A DNA stretch of 60,880 bases, counting the filler, from Sanchytrium tribonematis (Eukaryota), in the NCBI GenBank assembly GCA_018985235.1. It is 8 parts of 8 records of this genome, joined end to end, with 100 filler letters (N's around TTAATTAATTAA, not from the genome) between each part and the next. Parts side by side here need not be neighbours in the genome. Positions count along the whole stretch, not along the records: positions 53,437 to 60,880 come from JADGIG010000435.1; 7 more parts are not named here. One strand, 5' to 3'. Positions within the stretch are counted from its first letter, which is position 1. Each line of letters starts with the position of its first letter. Of this stretch, positions 53,437 through 60,880 are shown piece after piece. The notes below the pieces were generated by a model that worked only from the letters and a program-made list of their open reading frames with translations, did not search any database and had not been told where the DNA came from. The translations under genes and the position numbers were made by a program.

Positions 53437-55106
53437 TCCTCTCGCTTTAAATAGCCTCTCGCTAAACCACAACTTCTAACAATAATTTCACCCAATTCAC
53501 CTATACCACATAATTGCTTCTGTTTGTTTAAGATTAATAGTTGAACATCAATCATCCCGATTCCAGCACTCATAACATGTTTCGGAAGCAGATAATTTGG
53601 ATTGCTATGTTTGCTGGGAATGTGTAAATAAGAGACACTTCTTTGGGTTTCAGTGGTTCCATACATGTTGACCACACCACAATTTGAAGCAATGCTTTGT
53701 AATTTCATGACATCCCTCTTTGTCAATACATCACCAACAAAGAATGCTAATTTTAAACGCGGCATCAACACTGAATGATGAGTTACAATTTGACCCATCG
53801 CTGGTGTTAAATGAGTCACAGTCAATTGATGTTCGTGAATCCATTTGCTTAATAATCCATTGTGGATTGTGTCATGGCTAGGAATATATAATTGAGCACC
53901 TAAGAATATAGGAGTAAACACGTCACGCTGTATTGGATCATGTGCAATTCCAGACAACATTGTAAACTTGTCTTTGTCACTAAGCTTAAATTCTTGTTGC
54001 ATCCATGGATAAAAATGAGTTAATGAAAAATGTCTGCCTCTAACTCCCTTTGGAATACCAGTGCTACCACTAGTGAAAGATAATGTGGCAATATCATTCG
54101 GTAATATCTCAATATTTAAGTAGGTGGTTGGATAGTTGAGCACTCTGTCGGCCACTAATTTATCTATTGTAACGCTAATATTTCTAAGAGTACATTTCAA
54201 GGACATTTCCTTTAAGAGAGATTCAACTTGCTCATGCAATGGGCCAGATCTCTCAAAATGTAACATAGCCTTTGGCTGGGCCACATTAAGATAAATCACC
54301 TGTCTTTCTGGTGGGTAAAGTGGATCAATAATATTAATTGTGCAGCCAGATGCCAAAATTCCCATCATGGCAATAACTAATTCTACACCTCGATATGCAA
54401 AGATTGTCACAACATCGCCTTTTTGCAAATCATTGTCATGTAAATATCTGGCAACAATCATGGTCATCTTGAGAATCTCTGAGTATGACCAACTAGTCAA
54501 TATATCACGTTGTTCCGTAATAAACGGCGTATTATTATTGACGGCATTTCTATAAAAGATGTCAATAATACTACCTGGCCACTGATCCCAATGCAAATCA
54601 CTAACGGGGTTAGGTAATAAAGATGTCGCAAACTTTGTCACTAAAGAAACTTGCCAAACATTTGTTGAAGTGGGAATCGTAAACAGTATCTGAATTTGAT
54701 CTAGCAAATCTTTAATTCTGTCTTGCGTATAGAGTGTTGCGTTGTAATGGCAGGTGACTTCAAATTGAAGTGCCTTGATGCTGGGTAACATCTTTACGCA
54801 AAACTCCATTTGACTAGATTTTCTTTCAAGACTACTCAAGCATAATGACGAACTCTTATCATTAGAAAAATTTGATTCAGAATTAATGGCCATGAGAATA
54901 TCTTTTAAAGTGTCATTGTCAGTGACATGATACTTGAAAGATTTATCATCAATTCCAAGTTGAACATTTGGAGAAACATGTCTTGCTAATAAAATAACTA
55001 TCGAAGCGGCAAGCATATCAAATGGGTCATTTATGAGATCAAAAGTTTTTGAAATAAACGCTCCAATTTGTTGGTTCTCGTGAGCGAAATCGGTCGGAAA
55101 TTGCAT
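53437..55106 (-). CDS. LYS2: L-aminoadipate-semialdehyde dehydrogenase large subunit, 3'-truncated
   Basis: LSFTSGSTGIPKGVRGRHFSL, FTMLSGIAHDPIQRD, HLTPAMGQ, NMYGTTETQRSVSY. Confidence 0.95.
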
Positions 55107-55149
55107 GTCACTCCTTGATTTCAAGACTTATCAAAATGGATTTATTAAA

Positions 55150-56652
55150 TTAGTTTGAGGCATAACTATTATCTGAGTCAGTTTCTTCGAGCAGTCTACC
55201 CTGCTTGATAATCTCCGAAGCAATGAACTTTATATCTGATTGTTGCAATTGAGGAGAAATGAAGGGAATACGGAAAAATTTGGGCATAACTTTTAATGGA
55301 GCATAATCCACCATCAATTGAGATTGCTGTAATTTTGAATGAATGTTGATTGTGTATTTTTCAACAATTTGAAAAACCTCAAAGTAATCATCAAGTTCTT
55401 CTACTAAAATCTTTTTAATATCATCCAAATTATACCTTTGTAACAATTTGAATGGAATGTAGTAAAAGCAGGTTGTGACAAATGCTGGATCGTCTAAGAG
55501 TAGTAATTGGGAACTACTTTGTACCTCCTGAACCATCCAATTCGCGCATTCAAAAGAATGATCGACTCTATATTCGAATCCTTGGTTACCGAAATACATC
55601 CAGCTCAAGAATAATTTGATACCGTCTGCTCTTCTACCACAACCAAGAGTTCCATCACCCATATCATATTCTGATCCGTGAAAAAGATATTGCGCATTGA
55701 GAGAGTTAGCTGATAATACGGTTTTGTCAAAGGTCAACAAAGCAGAACATTGGACTGGGACTCCCATAAGCTTATGTGGATTGACTGTGACACTGTTTGC
55801 TAGTTCAATGCCTTTCAGCAATGATTTGTGTTTCTTACTAAACATCACCGGACCTCCCCAACTACCATCGACATGGCACCATAAATGATATTTTCTACAG
55901 ACCGCAGATATTTGATCAATTGGATCGAATGCTCCCAAAACTGTTGTGCCTGCTGTGCAATTGACAAAGAAAGGCATTTTGCCGTCGTTGATTGATTTTT
56001 GTACTAATTCATCCAACTTTCTTGGATCCATACGACCATTAATAGTTGGGACTTTAACAACATTATTTAATCCGATTCCCATAACCATGGCAGCTTTATC
56101 TATGCTATAGTGAGAATGATCGCTGGTGAATACAACCAAAGGACTCGTAATTCCGTTCATTTTCACATCACTTAATATGTAATTTCGTGCAGTAACCATT
56201 GCAGTTAAATTTGAATGACTTCCGCCAGGATTAAGTAGCCCACCTCCATTCTTGAAACCTAAAAGGTTACACATTTCAGAGATACACTTCTTCTCCATCA
56301 AAGTGGCAACAGGTGAGACATGATAAACATGAACGTTAGTATTTAAAACCGCAATTAATAACTCACCTATGATTCCAATTGCGCTTGTACCGGCGTATAG
56401 CTTATCTAAGAAATATTTGTGATTCGTGCTTGGTGAATATTTGAGGACTTGCTGGCACATATCGATCATACTTTCCAATGATTCACCATTTTCGGATAAA
56501 TCCAAATTTAGGATAGATTCAAGGGACTGAGGTGTCAAAATTTGACCGACTTCGTGGGTTTCTAACTTTTCCGTAATCATTGGCTTCAATTGTTGCAATA
56601 AATATTCGAATTGATCTTTGTCATTAGAAAATTTATCAAAAAACTTTGGCAT
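55150..56652 (-). CDS. Group II PLP decarboxylase, animal-type GAD/CSAD-like
   Basis: PGGSHSN, SHYSIDKAA, TAGTTVLGAFD, HVDGSWGG, NPHK, CGRRAD. Confidence 0.9.
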   Translation of the reverse strand: MPKFFDKFSNDKDQFEYLLQQLKPMITEKLETHEVGQILTPQSLESILNLDLSENGESLESMIDMCQQVLKYSPSTNHKYFLDKLYAGTSAIGIIGELLIAVLNTNVHVYHVSPVATLMEKKCISEMCNLLGFKNGGGLLNPGGSHSNLTAMVTARNYILSDVKMNGITSPLVVFTSDHSHYSIDKAAMVMGIGLNNVVKVPTINGRMDPRKLDELVQKSINDGKMPFFVNCTAGTTVLGAFDPIDQISAVCRKYHLWCHVDGSWGGPVMFSKKHKSLLKGIELANSVTVNPHKLMGVPVQCSALLTFDKTVLSANSLNAQYLFHGSEYDMGDGTLGCGRRADGIKLFLSWMYFGNQGFEYRVDHSFECANWMVQEVQSSSQLLLLDDPAFVTTCFYYIPFKLLQRYNLDDIKKILVEELDDYFEVFQIVEKYTINIHSKLQQSQLMVDYAPLKVMPKFFRIPFISPQLQQSDIKFIASEIIKQGRLLEETDSDNSYASN

Positions 56653-57013
56653 ATTGTTCAGGGGAATTTGCCAAATATTTATCTAGATTTTGGACCAATC
56701 ACGTTGATTGGATATCCTGTAAGTCATTGCCGATCAATCTGACTGGGCGGCGTTGATTTGACACAAATTTCGCCATTTTTCAGTCTGCACATGTATACGA
56801 ATTGATGTGCTTGAAATTGTATTTGGATATAATAATTCATTTCCAAATTAGACAATTCTTTCCAACAGGTAAAATTCAAAAGTTTCGAAGTATCATGGCT
56901 TAAATAACTTAGTCTTTTATAATTCATTAAATTTAGTCAACCAGTATATCATTGAACCGCAAGGGTGGATGAGATAATTTGTAACAAAATATTAACTTTA
57001 TCGTGCAAAATCT

Positions 57014-58574
57014 TTATTGAAATTCCAAAGGCTTATCTCCCAACCCGCACATGTCAAAAACAAGACCTGCAACCTTATATCCTAATTCCTTGCACTTTTC
57101 TTCCGTTTCATGTTCTGCATAGACTCGTACAACATCTTCAGTTCCACTCGGACGGACAAACGATCTTCCCCCACTTTTGGTCAAAATGTCTATTTTGCTT
57201 TGTATACCATTCGGCTCAACCAGTGTCTGTTCAGCATTAGTTGTCTTAAAAGCATATCGATCCTTCACCTTAACTTTAATCAACATCGAAGGCATATCAT
57301 TGTATAAATTATCCCAGGATTCTGGAGTCATTTTAAGAGCCTGTAAAAAGTACAAAACCATAAAAAGATCACTTAAAGCATCGCCTGTGGTTTGATTTAC
57401 CAATTGGATTAATGCATGTAGTTTCGGACTAAATAAACTTAAATTACTATTTCTGTGCTTCCTTCTTAAGAGAATCGCTAAATAGGACAGTCCCGTGCCC
57501 ATTGGCTTCAAAGTAAATGCCAACATCATAAGATTCCGCTTGATGATGTAAATGCTTGACACCAGTAGGTGTAAAATCAACAGGAATACCTAGCGATTTA
57601 AGGTACTTGGTGCTGCTCCCATTAGCGTATGCAGTTTGAACAACACCCATTTTAACTTTAATTTTGTACTCTTTTAATAAAGCATCAATTCCTTTGGCAC
57701 ATAAAGCACTTATTCTATCACCATCTAGCAAATGAAAACCATTTTTTATATAATAAAAAACAATACGGTCAGCATCTCCATCAAAACTTGCTCCAAGTTG
57801 ACCATGTTTTACTGGAGTATCATCAATGTTTGATGGTGCTTGAACCTTGGTCTTGACGAAATCTGCACCACAATTGGAATTGAGAACCCCATCATTATTA
57901 AATTGGTGAATATTATACTCAGGCATATAAAATTGCATAGTGTGTAGTAAAAGTCCTAATTTAGGAGCTCCAATTCCGTTCGAGCCATCGACAGAAACTT
58001 TCACGTAAGGATCATTCAAGTCATCAGTCAGTAATTTAAAATTTGAGCAAATAGTTTTATAATATTCCTTCTCAACATTATCAATTGTGTTATGAGTATT
58101 ATAATAAAGGGTTGCCCAGTGTAGTTGTGGAGTGGTCACAAGACCTAAATCAAAGACAGTTGCTCCACCATGTTTTAAAGCTTCGAGTATATGTCCCATA
58201 AGTCTTGGACCGCTTTCTCTAGTGTCTCTTCCGACTACGACAATTGGATTTGTATCACCAATTGACTCTTTAAGCTTCAGTTCGTTCACCACTTGGCTCA
58301 TTTGCAAATTCACCATATCGGTAGCATATTGTTCCCATTTTGTTTCGAGCATATGCCCTGTTGGATCAACAATTTTTACACCATTATCTTCAGCAGGGTT
58401 ATGCGAAGCCGTTAACATTATTCCTATGGCTTGCTTTTGATGGGAACTACGTAATGCCGCCAATCGTCCCACAGCGTATACAATGTAATCTAGTCGGCTG
58501 TGGTGATCCCGAAAGCCAGCAGTTCCATACTTAACGTTTTTGGGCTGTTGCAAAGATTTTAAATATTCCTCCAT
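57014..58574 (-). CDS. PGM3: Phosphoacetylglucosamine mutase; exons 58574-57448 and 57428-57014
   Basis: YGTAGFR, TASHNP, DGDADR, YFEANGHGT, NQTTGDALSD, RPSGTED. Confidence 0.96.
57429..57447 (-). other. 19-nt intron (gtaatttaagtttatttag)
   Basis: Removes an in-frame TAG and joins both PGM3 ORFs. Confidence 0.9.
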
Positions 58575-58645
58575 GTCTCAAAAGAACAAATAAATTAACA
58601 AAATTATCTAATTTATTAGCAGAGATAATGTCAAAATGTCATGGT

Positions 58646-59473
58646 TCAGCTATTTTCGTATTTGGATTTCAATGCCTTGTTTTCAATTAAAAGTAGTTCG
58701 TATTTCTGCTGAAGTTCTGCCAAGTCAGAATTTAGTTGGACATTCACCTTTGCAAGTTCAATGACTTGCTTGTTTGAATTTTCTAAATTCTTTTTAAGAG
58801 ATGTCAAATGGTCAATATTAAAAGAATTTGAATTTGGCCGAGGTGGACCATTTTGGAAACTAGTTTGAGGAATTGAACCGTTGCTTGGTCCAACTGGAGC
58901 CAAACGGCTAGGATTGAGATTATTTGGAATCATTGAAGTCAAGGGAGGGAAGTTGGGGCTGATGTGCGAATTATCGTAAAATAAATCTTGAGTTCTTTGT
59001 GAATGAGGAGGCTGGAACACGTTGATACCTTGGCTACTTTTAGGAGCTATGACTCTGGATGGTATGTTAGGGCTGGCGACTGGACTAGCTGAAGGTGACG
59101 GTCTAGGAGAATGACCTTGCTCAGATGCTTTTTCACGCAATTGAGATAGTCTGGAGGTTATTGAATCATAATATTGGACCTTCGAACTTGAAGCAGTAAA
59201 AACGTTGTGCTCAAATCTTTTCGCAAGTCCCACAACTTTTTCAATGGTTTTACCCTCGGCAAACAATTTGAGTAGATTTGCAGTTTCGTTAACGTTAGAT
59301 ACGCGCTCTGCTGTTGATACTTCTAATTGCCAATTGATTGAAGTAGAAATATCATTAGAAGCGTGGGCTCCAGGTGCAGACGCATCATTTGTCCATTGAG
59401 AGTCTGGGGTTGGAACTTCGAAGTGAACGGATGAATAACTAGAGGCTGTGCAGAGCGAATTGTCGTTCTCCAT
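58646..59473 (-). CDS. KIX (Med15/Gal11-type) domain protein with a C-terminal coiled coil
   Basis: NWQ..VS..ER.....LAKRFEHNVF..SSSK.QYY..I..RL; Pro-rich linker; Leu heptads. Confidence 0.6.
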   Translation of the reverse strand: MENDNSLCTASSYSSVHFEVPTPDSQWTNDASAPGAHASNDISTSINWQLEVSTAERVSNVNETANLLKLFAEGKTIEKVVGLAKRFEHNVFTASSSKVQYYDSITSRLSQLREKASEQGHSPRPSPSASPVASPNIPSRVIAPKSSQGINVFQPPHSQRTQDLFYDNSHISPNFPPLTSMIPNNLNPSRLAPVGPSNGSIPQTSFQNGPPRPNSNSFNIDHLTSLKKNLENSNKQVIELAKVNVQLNSDLAELQQKYELLLIENKALKSKYENS

Positions 59474-59669
59474 ACTGTTTTACAATTTTGGGAGCCGTCT
59501 GTTTTTCATTCGATTTGTGATCGTTTACCAGTAAAAAAAGGCAAGTTGATTGGTGCAAACTGTTTATCCCTTCTTCTGAAAAACAAGTTTTGCAAATTTT
59601 ATCATATAACTTGGTTGACTGCTCAAGGTGTTTTCATTTAAAATAAATTTAAACCTTTCAAATCAACTT

Positions 59670-59681
59670 TTTGGCGCCAAA
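59670..59681. promoter_or_regulatory. Palindromic E2F-like site
   Basis: TTTGGCGCCAAA in the divergent intergenic region upstream of RecQ. Confidence 0.45.
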
Positions 59682-59816
59682 CCCTACTCCTAATTGAATA
59701 CACCAGTATATGTAAACAATTGAAACCACTATAGGCTAAAAGCTTTAGCTACATAAAAGTACAAAATTCGGTCAATGCAGGTGTATTGTTTTTGTTACAA
59801 AATTTCCGTGAAAAAT

Positions 59817-60880
59817 ATGAAAGAAAAGTTGGCAGTGGAAATTGTTGACCTGTTGATCAAGTGCGAAAATGCACCCAACAGCGAATATGGAACTTACAAG
59901 ATATCTCTGGTTGACTTACTCAATAGATATAAAAACATCAAAGCAACAGCTGGAATTATTGATTCATCAAAAATATCAAATGCCGAAAACGATTCCAGCC
60001 TTGCAATTCACAACACATATAGCTATAAAGATGCCAAAAACAAATTTTTTGACGCTTCTATAGTGGGTTTTAATGACAACACAAAAATTGCTTCAAAAGA
60101 TCTAGAAAATCAAATATTTGGTGACTCAGTTACGGCCGAGATTAATAAGATTCATAATGTTAATAATATAAAATTCAGTGATGAAGAAGTGGAAAACGTC
60201 CCAATTGTAACAAAAGCTGAGAATAGAAACGATTTAATATTTAGCGATGATGATTCAGAGGAAAATTTAGAAGATCTTGAATCTGTCAAGAGTATAAACT
60301 CGATCGAAACCTTTGATGTTGAATTTGAACCCATTCTTGTCTCCCATGTACCTCCCACTCAGCCATCATCAACACAATTCGAATCTGAAATAGAAATCGT
60401 CAATGAAAGAGAAGATAAGCAATATACTTGGACATCACAATGCTTTAAGCTCTTAAAATCGGTATTTCGTTTAAAGTCTTTTCGACCTAATCAGCTACAA
60501 GCTATTAATTATACCCTACAAGGGCATGATACATTTGTGTTAATGCCCACAGGTGGTGGAAAATCATTATGTTTTCAACTTCCATCTCTAATATCAGGCA
60601 TCACAATTGTTATCACGCCTCTCCTTTCGTTGATGATGGATCAAGTCAATGCTCTGTTAAGCAAAGGAGTCAAGGTAGGTGCATTTTGGGGAGAAATGGG
60701 AGCAAAGCAGAAAAGAGAATTAAGGGACCAACTTGACGAAGCTCCCCTAAATCTAAATATACTGTATGTTACACCTGAAATGCTTATGAAAAGCCAATCA
60801 TTGCAGAACCAATTGACAGTGATACATAGAAGAGGAGATTTATCAAGATTTGTAATTGATGAAGCACATTGTTTAAGTCA
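59817..60880 (+). CDS. SGS1: RecQ helicase (Sgs1/BLM-like), 3'-truncated by the window; in-frame alternative ATG at 59775
   Basis: Manual translation: FRPNQLQAIN, LMPTGGGKSLCFQLP, PLLSLMMDQV, LYVTPE, VIDEAHC. Confidence 0.92.
   Translation, partial: MKEKLAVEIVDLLIKCENAPNSEYGTYKISLVDLLNRYKNIKATAGIIDSSKISNAENDSSLAIHNTYSYKDAKNKFFDASIVGFNDNTKIASKDLENQIFGDSVTAEINKIHNVNNIKFSDEEVENVPIVTKAENRNDLIFSDDDSEENLEDLESVKSINSIETFDVEFEPILVSHVPPTQPSSTQFESEIEIVNEREDKQYTWTSQCFKLLKSVFRLKSFRPNQLQAINYTLQGHDTFVLMPTGGGKSLCFQLPSLISGITIVITPLLSLMMDQVNALLSKGVKVGAFWGEMGAKQKRELRDQLDEAPLNLNILYVTPEMLMKSQSLQNQLTVIHRRGDLSRFVIDEAHCLS

Noticed and set aside
53437..55106. NRPS secondary-metabolite cluster
   Set aside because: The adenylation domain carries Lys2-specific motifs (GRHFSL, SGIAHDPIQRD), so it is primary lysine biosynthesis.
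221..60358. Many short antisense or nested ORFs in the ORF track (e.g. 221-619, 6108-6413, 17965-18273, 34828-35295, 42242-42577)
   Set aside because: They are shadows of real genes on the opposite strand or in another frame, with no recognisable motifs.
1..60880. CRISPR arrays, rRNA, transposase or viral genes
   Set aside because: None recognisable. The 33-nt periodic repeat at about 39490-39690 is protein-coding, without a repeat-spacer structure.

Overview
This is eukaryotic nuclear DNA, AT-rich and extremely gene-dense, with intergenic gaps often under 50 bp. It is not one locus. It is 8 contigs joined by artificial 100-nt spacers (N44-TTAATTAATTAA-N44) and sorted by decreasing length (complete ones: 7612, 7570, 7485, 7483, 7481, 7460 bp), so linkage across spacers is meaningless. 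Gene content points to a compact early-diverging fungus, plausibly sanchytrid-like (inference only): LYS2 aminoadipate reductase and an Axl2-like gene occur together with calreticulin, PCCB, an animal-type GAD/CSAD and a 53BP1-like BRCT protein. The standard genetic code fits. About 55 protein genes and one tRNA-Val(AAC) are identifiable. Main observations: (1) ten 19-20-nt GT-AG introns, all with an invariant TNAT motif placing an A 6 nt from the 3' end, and all in the 3' part of their genes; (2) secretory proteins with apparently ultra-short (7-12 aa) signal peptides; (3) three tandem 56-57-aa two-Cys peptide genes, two missed by the ORF track, sharing an exactly spaced CCAAT(-52)/CTATTTAA(-30) promoter next to a secreted tyrosinase; (4) a RagC/Gtr2 homologue with degenerate GTPase motifs; (5) stop codons fused with AATAAA-like poly(A) signals; (6) an uncharacterised 7TM family and multi-module LRR receptor-like proteins.
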